In this document: positions 48,801 through 62,108 of the stretch, piece by piece | How positions within the stretch are numbered: the first letter of the stretch is position 1 | Layout: each line of letters starts with the position of its first letter | Source: Psammoneis japonica | Taxonomy: Eukaryota | Assembly: GCA_008632985.1 (NCBI GenBank) | Contig: QPGO01000050.1 | Location: forward strand, 372,001 to 436,000 | Direction: 5' to 3' | DNA: 64,000 nucleotides | Program-made: the position numbers and the translations under genes | The notes under the pieces: generated by a model | Seen by the model: only the letters and a program-made list of their open reading frames with translations | What the model was told of the DNA's origin: nothing | Database searches by the model: none

Positions 48801-51800
48801 TCTTCTTGTGGCATCACCCATGAGCAACAGAGAAGCCCCCAACCTCTGAGGTGGACTGCACCACAGTTTGAGGCAGCCAGGCACACCACCGCCAGCAAAA
48901 GGAGTGGTGCTTGCAGCTTCAAGGCACCCACATCATGCAGCAACAAACAGCAGCGCACACTCAAAACAAGCGGTGCTTGATTTGAGCACAAAAACTTCAA
49001 ATTGCAGCATTGTCTGCACTGGCATGATGAGCACAGCAGCAGTTGTGTCACATTTGGCAGCAACTTGCCCCTGTCATTGGAAATGCCAGCTTTTGTCTTG
49101 ATGGAAGGATGCAACCAAGCTGAGGACAAATGGGCAACAAGACAATGAGATGTGTGAATGTGGGTGAATGGCAACAAGACTGTCAGCTGAGAAGTGGGCT
49201 CTGTCTCAACAAGTGCACTCTCATCAATGCCGTGCACCACCACTGTGTTGAGAGCATGCCATGCTGCAGTCTTGAGAAAGATCCGTGCAAGACGAACCAC
49301 AGGGAACATGCTGGAAGTCACAATCACACCTCCTGTCTCTCTGCCAGTCATGCTTGCTGGAGCAAAAGAGGTGCTTGTTCAACAAATGTTCAGCCAGCTG
49401 GTCAGGCAGGCTTTTGCCAGAGGGACAGAAAGATGCTCCCCTGTTTCAGGCTGTTTCAAATGTGCTGTTCAGCTGCAAAAGCAAGGCAATGCTCTGACAT
49501 TTTGACAAAAGTTTTGTGGCCCAACAGTCTGGCACTTTTTTGCAATGAACTTGATGTCACAAAAAATGTCAAACCCCTGTGTTTGTTCAAACCAAATCTC
49601 ACCTTGTGCAAAAGACCACACATCTCTCACATTGCTTTCTTTTCAACCACATCCACAGTGCCCAGCCAAACAATGAGGTCCGCTCTTTCTCCCCCCACAC
49701 CACCCACTCATGTGAGTGGCATGGGGCATGCTCACATGTGTGCGGGGGCAACAAGAAAGGGCAGAAGGCTGATGAATCAAGACAGGGTCTCTTGTGGCAC
49801 ATGAAGCTTCTGACAAGTGGACATCCTTCAAAACATTTCCAGTGACAGCCACAGATTCCTCTTGATGAGTGCATCTCAGAGATGAGGGACATGTCCAAGA
49901 GGTGGCAGCTTCTGCAGCAGTGGTGTGGATGGCAGTGCAGGATGACCCTTCTAATTTTTGCAAGTTTGGTCCTGAGAAACACAACAAGGTGCACAAAGAA
50001 GTGTTGGCTGGCAAATGAAACAATGGGTGGGGGGTGGAAAAAGTGGGCACTTTTTTGTCTGCGCATGCGCTGCAAAGCATGGTGCACCACAGCTTAAAAA
50101 AAAACCCTGACTTTGCAAATGGCTGCAGCAGAGCTGTGGAAAAAATGCAATGAGCTGCCATGTGGCAGAGCTGAGAAGCTCCTGCTCATTTGTGTCACAT
50201 GGCACATGAGCCAGACTGGGGTGCAAAGTCAAGCCACATGCCACAGAAGAGTTCTGCATCTTGTCGGGCCTCCTTGGCAATGATGCCTCCATTCCGAATT
50301 CACATGATGGCACAGCTGAAGTGCTGGCAAGAAAGGAACCAGAAGGAGAGGTGCAAATGTTTTGGGAGCTCAAAGTGCACAAGTGCACCTCTTTCTGTCT
50401 GTGTGGTGTCACATGCATCCCACAGAATCTGAGCAGCCAAGCCTTGCACTTTCTGCATGCATCATCACCTGCTGACATGTGGCATGCACAAGAGTGTTTT
50501 TGGGCATGCAGGGTTGCCACCAGAAGGGGCTTGCTGCCAACCCAGCAATGTGGGCAATGTTGCCAGTCAGCAGGAGCACCTTCTCCAGATCCTCTCACAA
50601 CTCAGCAGTGTTTGCAGCTTTGTGTCAGCTCTTTTGGTGTGGCCCAGGCTGCAGCTGCAGCTGGCATTGTGACTCATTCCCTTTCAGTCATTTCCACAGA
50701 GCCAAGAAGCTCTGTGTTTTAAACCATGCCAACAAAAAGAGAAGAGAACAACACTTTATTTTTGCCTCATGTGCTTGCAGGCTTCTGAATGTAGTTTGCA
50801 CAGTTTTCAGCAATTGAGCTTGACAACTTTTCTGACAAATCAAGGCGTGCCATTCCCAAGAGCAGCTGACTTTGCTTGTTGAGTTCTTCCAAGAGCATGT
50901 CGCAAAACAAAGCATTCCACCCCCCATGCCACTGATCCACCCCACTGGTGTGCCATCTGTTGCACTGTTGATCACCAGTCAACTGAGCTGCTCTCATGGT
51001 GGTGGCACCAGGGGAACCCTTCATGACTTGCTCCACCCCCAAGCTTGTCAAATTTTGAGATCCAAAAGGCTTTCCAGATTCAAGGCAGCAAAGTTGCCAT
51101 CACAATCACTGCCATCAATGAGCACTTTTGTCCAGACATGGCATCTGCTTGCTGAGAAGATTGGAGGAGAGAGTTTTCTCTTGGGTGTGCAAAATGTGCA
51201 AACCCAAATGAACCCCCTCTCTCTTCTTTTCCGGCTGCTGGGGATCACACACCATCCCTGGCCTGCTGCCAGCTGCAACTCCCTCCAACTGGCATGAATG
51301 CTCTCACACAAGTCTGGGGTGCAAACACAAACATCTGGAGTCCTTCTTGGGTTTCAGCATTGTGCTGACATTGCTGTGCCATGGGAGCAGAAGTGTGGGA
51401 TGCTGTGTGCATCACAGATTTGATGGATGAAGTGGTGTGCTGGCAAGGCAGCAGAGAGTCCAGGGGGGTGTCAAGAACACAGCACTGCTGGTTGTGACAA
51501 CTTTTGCAGCAGCTGCACTTTTAAAATGCAAGCAAATGACACACAAATGGGGCAGAGCATGTGTGTCAAACAAAAATTTTTTTTTAAACAAAAAAAGAAA
51601 GGTTGAGATTTGCACCAAGCCACACTCTGCTGGGTTTGACACAGCAGCTGCAGTCTGTGTTTTCAACTTTTTGCTCACAGAGGCACATCTTGCCGTTGAG
51701 CTCTTGTTGCTGTGCCATCTTCCTTTCTCATTTGGGGTCAATCAGCTCATGGGCTGTCCTGTCTCCAACTTCTCTGGCCTGGAGCAACCCTGTGAAACAA

Positions 51801-51826
51801 CACACCCGATGACATGCCCGTTCAAG
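45880..51826. other. Hypermutated domain 3 (TpA/CpG-depleted) of unidentified relics
   Basis: Same signature; TA returns abruptly at ~51827 (gtaactgtaattttaaaaattatac). Confidence 0.92.
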
Positions 51827-52004
51827 TAACTGTAATTTTAAAAATTATACAGCATTGAAGGAAGATAAATGAACTTGCACGAAAAAAATTTCGGAATCTC
51901 ATCGCAATCTGCGAACTTCATCACCATCACTCATCCAACACGACCGGACCTACCTCTGCCACTGCGTGCCTCATTCGTCTTCGGAGCAGGCGACTCGCAC
52001 CATC

Positions 52005-55000
52005 ATGGAGCAGGAAAACAGCTTCTCGGTTAGTCGTATCTCGTTGGGAGATGTGGAAATTAGTGTGAATCCATCAGAGGCAGTAGATCGAAGTCCGGCA
52101 TTTTCAATGTCGCATGTCCTTCCCGCCGAAGTACGGATTGATCTGTCGAATTTCACTGGTACATTGTCCGTGTCAAGAAGACAGCAAGTCATTGTAACTG
52201 ATTCTCCAGCTCCTCCTTCGTTAACGAGAAAACCTATCGGTAAAGATATGGAAGATACACCGCGACGAAGCAACGAGTCTCAGAAGCGTATTGAGATGGA
52301 AGCGGTCAATGAACCTGAGATTAGGCCTTCCGCTACGTTTGATTCGAAAGGGTCTCTTTCGACCGCATCAAGTGTTTACGACGATACAATTGACGGACTT
52401 ATTATCCCTGACCTCAGATTGATGCAAGCGGAGACAGATGAGACTCGTTTGGAATCATATAGCAGTGAGGGGGAAGACGATACCGAAGAAGGTGATGACA
52501 GTGACGGCGCTTCGTCTTCTCTGCATCAAGAGCATCATGAAATCTCAAGAACGGCGGAACTCAGTGAAAAGACCATTTCGTTTTCCGAGAAGAATAGTGT
52601 TGTGTTCCGCCCCTCTAAGTCTGGCGTGATTCTATCAAAAGAGACCAACTCATCTGCCTTGACAAGCGATAGTGGTTTTCCCACTATGCTTCACAATGCT
52701 TGCGCACGACCAAATGCTACACTCCTTGAACTAGAGTCTATTCTGGCAACTGATCCTGAAGCAGCCTCCAAGCCTGACGTACGAGGAAGGCTACCCCTTC
52801 ACGTCTTGTCTGAAAATCGATTCTTGCTCGAGAGCAGGAAAGGGCGGATGATTGCTCGAGATTTTGCTTTTCAACTTATGGAGACGTCCATGGACGGCAT
52901 AACAACTGAAGATTATGAAGGGCATGTTCCCTTTGCAGTGGGGATAAGACAATGGGTGAGTGATGCTTGTGCGACAGATGACGCACCCACCGATCAATCC
53001 TCCCACGGAATTCGGAACGAGCGGCCTTCTCGACAAGATGGTGGAGGTGAAGCGAACACTCGCTTGCCATTGACTTTGAGTGACTTGACTACGAAGCAGA
53101 CACACCCCGAAATCGATAGCGGTCCAGCAGTTGAGTGGCTCTTTACCATGCTGGCAATGGGCTTAGACCAAGTGAGTGGCAAGAACAGAACTGGCAAGCA
53201 AAAACTACCTCGAAGGAGGATACGGGCTAGTCGATTGGTTCTAGCCGAAAATGTGGCATCGATTCCGAACCTCCTGAAAGCCATTCTGCTCATTGAAGAC
53301 AGCCACTCGAGGCACAAAATTCTTAGACTGTCTATTATAAAGCGGGTGGTCCTGTGTTCCAAATCGATTGGACCATGGGTCTTATGGATGCTTCACGCGC
53401 ACGGGACACCGTCACAACGGGTAGTCGATTATTTTGAGCTACTGTCACAAGTAAGTCTCAAAGAATACGCTGGTGGATTTCGCTCACTGCGACCAGAGGA
53501 TGTTTCTCAGTTTCACGAGGAACGCAAAAAGGCCGTCGACGCGGTTACCAGTATGGACATTGTGCCATCGCTCACGGTACTTGACAACAACGAGATCGAG
53601 CGTGCAGCGTCGACAGAATTAATATGGAAAATCCTAACAGATGGAATATCTCGTCCATTCGTTATTGGGATTGTTACAATTGACTTTGTGTTGCACGTTG
53701 CACTCATCCTTGCTTTTCGGACCCAAGCCAGAGTGATAAACCCGGACACCAAAACGGTTGATCCATGTACGTCTTGTCGTATCATTATTTCTTCATCTTC
53801 ACTTCTGCTCAGAACTATTTTCGTTTCTTCTTCTCAGTCGGAACTACTGATTTTGAATACGCTATCACAATGACCCTGTCGTCCTATTTTATGGTTCGAA
53901 TCGTGACCCAAGGAATCGCCTTTTTCTTCACGTCTTGGCGAGTCTTTAAATCGTTCTTCTTGGATTTCTGGAAGCTTCTCGAGGTAGCCACCATCATTCT
54001 CACCATGATAGCAGCAAGTGCCATCCACAACGACCTAGGAGATGCGAACCTGAGTGCCATTACAGTGGGTTTGTTGTGGCTGAAGCTGCTTTTCTTTCTC
54101 AAGGTGGGAGACGGACCGACAGACTGAATTCCCGCCTGATTCGCTTGTCGCCTTTCTATCTAACTTGTTTCTGTTCATCTGTCACGCAGAATATCAACCT
54201 TCAGTTGGCAACTTATGTCTTAGCAATCATCGAGGTACTAAATGATCCAGCTTCATGAACCTTGCGTTCAGCTTTGTGACGTTCCGAGGCTAACACGTTT
54301 TTGTCTCTATCTATCAGATCATTAAAGACATTCGGTGGTTTATGGTCATTGTTGTTGTGGCTATCTTTATGTTTGGAGAGATGATGCACATCATCACGGC
54401 AAGTCTACTCTACTAGCTGCTTATCTGTAACTGGTCTTCTCAGAGACTCTGTCTGACTTGCGTTTCTTTCCCTTGCTATCGACGAAGACTCAAACTAGCT
54501 CCGGAAGAGCCTGCTGGGGCGATCCGGACCTTGCAGTCACGGATTTCTGCGAAGGGTTTGTTGACTCGTATCTTCGAATGTACACAGTTCTTCTCGGGGG
54601 TAAGACTTTTCCCCACGTTACCCGCATTATCGACATCTAGTTTCTCATTGTGCGTTTCGTGTTACTCCAGATTTTAATCTACACACCTATCGAGAGCTAA
54701 GAGGGATCACGGTTTTGTTCGTGCTGTTCACTCTTCTCGGATTTATCGTTTTACTAAATGTTTTGATAGCTGTGGTTGGCGATTCTTACGAAAAGTCCAG
54801 GCTCGCGTCGCGACATTTGTTTGGAAGGTAAGTCGACAGACAGTGCGTTTCTTCCTCTGCAAGTATGTACTCGCTTCCCATCTCTACCGTTTTGCTTCAT
54901 GTGTAGGGCACGAGTTGGATTTCTTGCCGAGCACTTGGCCATGGAACGCTTGTTACACCCTCGCTTCAGAAGCTTAAAAGCCAGGAGGGAGGAAACTCAA

Positions 55001-55592
55001 GGAAGGTCAATCACCAAACAACGCCGAGTCTTCTCCATGCTGGGGCGGTGGACCATTTTACTGTCCTTGCTGGGCGCTGCCGCGTTTGCGGGTGTCTTGC
55101 TGGTTACTGCGGCTGTCCATATGATTAAAGACACCTACAACACATTTGCTTTGGTCGTTGTGATTATTTTGGCCGTATTATTGATTACAGCTCTTTTGGC
55201 AACAGCGAGTTCTCTATTTGGAGGTTGGTTGGACGCGGCGTCAAGTCCGCGTGCCAAAAGAATTGTTGGAGCGTTCAATTCGGGCATGCTACGTGCTATA
55301 CGTGTTGTATCGGTTGGTGTGTTTGGAGCACCCGCCAATTTGAGCAGCTCTTGGGACAGCAGCGTAGACGGCGAAGAGGACGAATGGCAAGGTAGACTGA
55401 ATTACCTCTCAAGATCCGGTGTGCAGCATCGTAGCCAAGTCCGAACGTAGTGTTCAGGTAGCTGTCCAGTCATCCGAATTTCGCTTGAAGGACCACGAAA
55501 GGATTCTGGCCAAGCAAATCTCATCAAAGATTGACAAGATGAAGCAAGGCTGAAAGAATTTGAGTTGGCCAAGTCATCGCTTCGCTCGATAG
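52005..55592 (+). CDS. TRP-like cation channel with ankyrin-like N-terminal repeats; multi-exon, 3' end approximate
   Basis: TMLHNAC, GRLPLHVL; TM region FLDFWKLL, LLWLKLLFFLK, IIKDIRWFMVI, SYLRMYTVLLG|DF, LLNVLIAVVGDSYEK; several GT-AG introns. Confidence 0.8.
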
Positions 55593-55808
55593 CATCGTTT
55601 CTATTTATCAACGAAAGCACACATTATGAATAATCCCCTCGCAGAATGACAAGAAGAACGTATCTAATCTGGCGCCTACCACTGTTGGCACTCCCATGAT
55701 CCACAATGCTAGCCATGCGTAGCTACATAATATTCTGAAATTTCTTTATCTAAAGAGTAGTTAGCAGTTACTCTGATATACCGGTACATACTGACTCTTG
55801 ACGCAACC

Positions 55809-57256
55809 TTAGCACAGAACAGGTTTCAGTGTGGCAACAACAGGCGTCTTGTTGTTGCTGCTGTTGTTTCGTCCCAAATACAATAGTCGCCGTGCCATGC
55901 GCTTGGCCGCTTTCCGTTTTTGTCGTTGCCGTTCATGATCTGTGACATCTTGTAAAAACGCCACACACAAGTCATTGTCGGGCGTCGAACAAAAGCGCAT
56001 GGCGAGTTGCAACGGGGTGCACTTGTCCTCGTCGCGCACGAGAATAGTTTCGGGTTTCCAACTGAGCAAGAGACGAATCACGTCGAGTCTCGGTTTGCCA
56101 TGTTGCACGCAATGTGAAGAGGCAAACGTCCCTTGGAGTCGCATGTCGAGATGGATTCGGGACAGGCCGTCAGCATGGATTTCAGAATGCCAATCGAGAC
56201 GGGATTCTCACTTTCGTCGACCCATCGTGCACACAAGACATGAAGCGGTAGTTTGCACCTCGCATTCATAACCTTGGCAGCATCCGCGTGTGCTTGTAGC
56301 AAAATGTGAAGTGTCTCGTTGGTCCCACACATGGCAGCGTAGTGCATGGGGAGGTTCCCCTCGGCGTCTTGTATTTGTAGTGATGTTGGAACTGCTCGTG
56401 CAAGATATCGAACGACTGCTGCCGACGCCCCCTTGAGTGTAGCAATGTGAATTGGTAGACGCCCTCGTCGCTGTTCTGGCTGCATGACGGAAGCGGGATT
56501 GGCGGTTACAAGGGCATCCACCAAAGACAGCGGTGTCTCTCTCCGACTGCACACCAAGTGTAACAAAAGCGCCGAGCATTTCTCTCCTTGACACATCATT
56601 GTAACTTCTCGTCGAGCAATATCAGGCTCTTCTTCGCAGAGCCGTTCCACGTCCATCCAATTTCCGTAATCAATCAAGTCAACGAGTTCATCCGTTGAGG
56701 TGGTGGGCTTACGTTGAGGTATGGGAGCGACTAAAGTTGTTGTAAGTTCCGCGAGTTGTTCAGAAACCTTCGTCTCGTCGCTCATGTCACACTCGCCGTG
56801 TGACTTGCACATGTCATCGCTGACATCCAAGCTTGCTACTGGCCGTGCTACTGTTGTTGCTGATGTAGTTTCCTCATCGTGCTGGTTCTCAGCGATGAAG
56901 CGTAGCACTGTTTTGCTCTCCATGTGATACGGAACAGACGAGTCTAGCGACGTCTCCATCATTGAACTCAGATTGGCAGGAAGTGATATGGATCGAACTA
57001 GACGTCCACTGGTGGCTCTGGATGTCAGCTTGACACCTCCCATCCGTTGAAAAGAGTCATTTACTGCTGTAGTAGTACAAGGGCTACGAAGAGCATGAAA
57101 GGTTCCGGAACATTTGTCGATTCCATCAAACGAGCGGTCCTGAAGCGTTTCAGATGATTCCAACGAGAAAAAGTCATCTTTTCTACTATCAGGCGATACA
57201 GATCCCACTGTAAGGGACCGTATCCGTCGAGAGGCACAAGCATTCGGCTCCGTCAT
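55809..57256 (-). CDS. Ankyrin-like repeat protein; apparent frameshift near 56090
   Basis: Repeated GRLPIHIA, GNLPMHYA, KLPLHVL, GRLPLHIAC, CTPLQLA motifs. Confidence 0.8.
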
Positions 57257-57605
57257 GGTCAACGCAAGTGCCGGATGCTGTGGTGTGTTGAGACCACACG
57301 TTGAAGTCAGGGTTTTTTCGTTGTTCTTTGGCTTCGCAAATGACGTGTCATGTTGAAGCTTTACAGATGTTTTGTACGTAGATGCTACCGTAAGCTATGG
57401 TATCTCGGCTGTACATACGGGAATCCTACATACGACTGAAATTTCAAGTTTCGAAGAAGATTTTTTGGAATGGACGAGCGAGCCTCATTCATCTTTCTCA
57501 TCTCATTCGTCATCACGAAGCGAGGCGAGTCAGAACTCAGAACTGAACATTGAAAAGATCGACGTCGCGACAATGGTAAAAGGCCGACAGCGAGTTGATC
57601 AAAAA

Positions 57606-59078
57606 ATGGGACAAAGTTCTCGTTGCATAGTGAACGCCGTATGGTTTGGAATGATCGCATTGACATGCAACGCGTTTTCCTTTTCAACAACAGTAACAAC
57701 AACGAGAGCATCACTGTCCATGAGAGTTATGAATTCCAACGATTGGGAGACAAGCTATCAGCCACAGCAGTTTCAAGAAAAGAAAACATCCTTTCAACCC
57801 ATTTTTGATTTTCGTAAGAATGATACCGTTACGGCGTTTGATCGGATAGATGATGCAATCATGGGTGGAATCAGCACGTCGGCTGTCAGAAACGTATTCA
57901 ACGAGAGCTACGCGGCATGGAGTGGAGTTTGTCGATTGGATGGAGGGTAAGGCTAGAGATAGAAAGCAGCGAGTATCGTCTCGTTCTCTTTGGTAACGGA
58001 GCTCTAATGCTGTTCTCTTTGACTTCTACACCATTACTCTTTTCTTTGTTTTGAAGAGGCTTTTGCGGAATGAGAACCTTACCCTTTGTGGAACCGCTCA
58101 ATGTGAGCACGGCCCAAGGATTTTATATTGATTGTCGTTTAACGAGTGACGATGAACCGGAACGACGGGTATGGAAAATGACAACCAGAGCCGAGTCGTC
58201 AGGACGAGGCGGTGAAGTGGTCTATCAAGCTCCCTTTGAAATTCCATCAACCAAACAACAAGAGTGGTCACGAATCAAGGTGCCGTTTCAAGATTTTGTC
58301 AAGGTGCGGGGACCCAGAATGGTACCAGGTATGTTGATTTTGTAATGTGTGGCGGCAGCAATTGAGTATTACACTCATGCCTTCCGCTCTGTTTGTGTTG
58401 ATCATGCAAGATGCACCTCCGTTGGATACCAGAGGCGGTTTGTATCAGGTTGGCTTGTCGTTGTCCAAATTTGTGATTGGGCCAAACGTGACAGAGCTAG
58501 AGAATTTTCGTCCGGGTTTCTTTGAATTGCAATTGAAAGCAATTGGCTTGTACAAGCAAAAGGATACTTCTGCGTCTTTGCTTCAAGTTACGACTCCTTA
58601 CACGTTGGATGCATCACAAGCCAAGGAGCAACGTCCATTCATTTTTAAAGTATTGGCACCCGTCTTCAAATTGCTCTTCTCTGAACAAAAGTAAGTTGAC
58701 GAAACTCGTACGATTCGTTTGTGTGGACTGGACAGACCAATGGTCTCTCTCACCTCTTGCAATTCTCCTTATTGTTTGCTCTCTTGCCACTTATCTAGAC
58801 GGCGACGCCGTTCTGCCATGAGATTGCTACGAGAGCAACGCAACATGACACGATGGACAGCGATCAAGTTTGGAATACGAAGACGACGTGCTAGCAGCGG
58901 TTTGGTCAAGTCCATTGCCAATTCGGTGGGAATCGTGCTGGACGATTGTGCATCTACCCTGATTCAGTTTGTTGCTCGGTATGCTCTTTTCTATCCTCTG
59001 ATCTTTGTCAGTCGGGCGATCAAATTCATCAATGGGAAGCTATCGTCCAAACCCAAACAGGAAACTGCTTCGGGCTGA
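57606..59078 (+). CDS. CIA30/NDUFAF1-domain protein, probably plastid-targeted; multi-exon
   Basis: Signal peptide ending CNA-FSF; RIDDAIMGGISTS, GVCRLDGG|GFCG, YQAPF, VPFQDF..VRGPR, GLSLSKF motifs; GT-AG introns. Confidence 0.85.
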
Positions 59079-59989
59079 AGCCTTTGCTACTGGCACTAAA
59101 GCGATCCAGCTGGTATTAGGGCCCTACTACTCTAGATCTGAAGCGAATTATACCTGGCAGGGCCTCTCTACTAGATTCTTCTACTCTAGTAGAGAGAGTA
59201 GAGAGCATACCATAGAGGGTTTCGTTGAGTTGGAGCACAGGGAGTTTTCGGAGGACGGCAAGATCACACCTGGAAATTTTGAACGAAATGTGTGGTGTTT
59301 GTCTAGAGCGTCGTGTTCTCTGTTGGCACACTATCGTTCAGTTGATTTCTCATATTCATCAAAAGCAGCTTGTTGGTTTCAGCTTTACTGATGACACTTG
59401 AAGATGTCGCCATGTGGGGGTTTGTCAGCGAGTAAAAATGAGAGTTGGTACCATTCATGGTTCCTTCCTGAATCTAATGGCACTTGGAGGTTCCGCAAAA
59501 GGCCAAGGCGCGAAGGAGACGATAAGATTGATTTCAGCGATGTCCATGGCAAAGCCAAGATGCCTGTGCGGTCGCTACTGGCAAACTGTCGCAAAGCCAA
59601 TAATGAGGATATTGCAATTGGCAACGAATACTCTTCAGTGCATCAAATTGGCAAAGCTTTTCAGTGGGGAAACTTTGAGTATCGGTTCAGAAAAACGAGA
59701 GAGAATGCTCTTCGTGGTCCAGACGCTTGCCAAGAAACACCACAGGGGCGATACCATACTGCTGGTCTTACATGGTGGATCAATGACTCTCATCTTTACG
59801 AGCGTCTCACCGGCAACAAATGGTCCGGACCTGGTGAGAGCACTTGTTGCTATAGTGTTTGCGGGCAGGTCGAGGGTGGAGATTTTGAACGAAATGCTGT
59901 CAACGAGTCGATTTTGTCCACTTCTGAGAAACATGCAGGTTAGTAGCGCCACATACACGCATTACACGACGCTGTCGCCGGTTTTCAAG

Positions 59990-61100
59990 ATGCTCAAGGA
60001 GAAAGAACCTACCGGTAAGGATGGTTTGGCTGACGGCGATAGGGCGACGCAGACAAACTGCGCAGCCTGGCGACTTGATCCACTTTCGTCAGTTATATTA
60101 TGTTCCATGGGCTATTCAGGGTGGCGATGTCGGCTTTGACGACGGAGATGATTGGGAACGTGCCACTGGTTTGCTTAGTTCCGATCTCAATCATGTGTAC
60201 CATCTCAGTGGATTTGCGGATAATGTCTACGCGGAGGCCTTCGACACGGGCCATGATTATGACATTGTGTTGGAGATTCTGGTCACTAATTGTACTCCCA
60301 ACACGCGAGCCAACTTGACGGTGGAGCTCGTCGCCAAAGATTGTCGAACGCCCACAGTCTCAATATATTGGCCCCCTCACTCAGATCACCGTCCACGCCT
60401 CCATCAAGGTCTCCCGACCGAGATGGCGCACATATTTGGAACCATTGTCTACGAAGACACTGACAGAATACGGCGATTCGAGAGAGGGGATACATCAATC
60501 TCAACGATATTCAAATGGACATTATGGATTACATTCGCCCAACTACTTGTACCAATGAGTTCTTTCGATCCATGTGCGCCCAGTTTCAATGTGGCCATTT
60601 CAACCATGATTCCCATCTGGTTTGATGTTCTCAATCACATTGTCGAGTCGACTAACATGCGTTGCCTCACTCCGCATGACACGTCGGAAATGGGAAGCTT
60701 CCCTGCCGCCAAACTCTACGCAAGAAGGTAATAAGACGGTGCTCGTTCTCGTTGCACTTGTTGATTGTTTCTCGCGAAACTGTTGGCGCCGATAAGAGGC
60801 CTTGTGACGCCTTCAGCACTAGCTAGAGGGCCTATATTGCAAGCACGAGAGCGTGCCCGTGTGGGACCTGTCCTTACTACGCGTACCTTTAAATTATGTC
60901 TAGAGTATTGCTGATACAACTCGAGTTTCGTAGTCTTGAACCTTCAACTAAATCTAGCTTGCTTTTGTTGTTTTTATGGTGCCTTTGGCAAAGACGCCCT
61001 CGTTAATGTTTCGGTCGAGAATAAGAACGACGACGACGGCCAGGTGCTGGGTTCATACGGATTCGTTCTAAGAGACAGGTATCGCTCTGGATATTGGAAT
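59990..61100 (+). pseudogene. COPB1: Degenerate fragment of coatomer beta subunit (C-terminal appendage)
   Basis: DLIHFRQL, LSGFADNVYAEA, YDIVLEILVTN, HIFGTIVYED, IMDYIRP (shifted frame), TNMRCLTP, AAKLYAR, FGKDALVNVSVE; multiple frameshifts, N-terminal trunk missing. Confidence 0.8.
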
Positions 61101-62108
61101 TTCGCATCAACAGCGTTCATAGATCCATGCCCGAAGCCAAGCAGTAAACCAAACGATTGGGATAGAGAACACAGAATATATTCTGAACCAAGAATGCCAC
61201 TTAGCATGACACTGCATGAACTAGCCCGACCAGTATGTAGGTTGGCCTACTCTCTAGGCTTCTATCCGTCGGTTTGGTTTCCCGAGATACCACTGCTAGG
61301 GTCGATCGATTCCTTGATGCCAATCGGTACAAACAAGAAAACCGTGAGGGCTGGGCATCATGCGGATCAAGCCTCTAGAATATCAATATGGTTGGCAATA
61401 ACAAGATTGTATGGGGACCCATTTGAACAAGAAGATTGAAAAGCTATACATAATAACAAAGTTTTACATTTATTCTAGACGCCACGGAATCGTTTCCTTC
61501 ATTTGCCACCATAGAGAGGAGCCGCTATCCTTTCTAATGTGTAAACAAAGCCATTCCGTGACGCCAATACTTACCTAACCACTCCATTCTTCCACAATTC
61601 ATTCTCCGCGTCCGAAATAAGTAAGGGTTTGGTTCATTGACTACCGCGGGTCTTGAGCAAATACAGAGTCGTCGTGACGTTGAAGCACCAATCATGCCTG
61701 GTACACATTTTGTTCCGGAAAACATAAGTCGCGGGGCGGGACCCACTGTTACTTGAACCTTGGTACTTCAACAAAGACTGACTGCCGCATTGTTTCAAGT
61801 CGGGTGGTCGAACCGGGGTATAGGGTGTATTTCTATGTTGACAAAATGAAGATAAAAACAACGTCAGTTAACAAAGCTCAAAGGAAAAGAAATAGACACG
61901 AAATCGACTTACATTGGGGGTGCATTCGAATGTAGCGTAACACAACGAGTGCACCCCATGGTATTTTTAATTGCACGACAAACTCGTGCAATGTTGGCGA
62001 GTCTTTGATGCGCACAAAAGCTGTTTTGTAGTAGCACCGTGAAATGGAATCGAGAGATGCCCCCATGCATGCTCGATTTCCAGGGTACAAAACAAACAGT
62101 TAATGAGT

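Noticed and set aside
49050..49350. Possible 3'-5' exonuclease relic on the minus strand in domain 3
   Set aside because: Resemblance (LVAHL...LHPSI.TKAGI.ND..KL) is too weak and degraded to support without a search.
59398..59943. 181-aa ORF upstream of the beta-COP fragment as a gene
   Set aside because: No recognisable domain, and a competing overlapping ORF of similar length; cannot choose between them.
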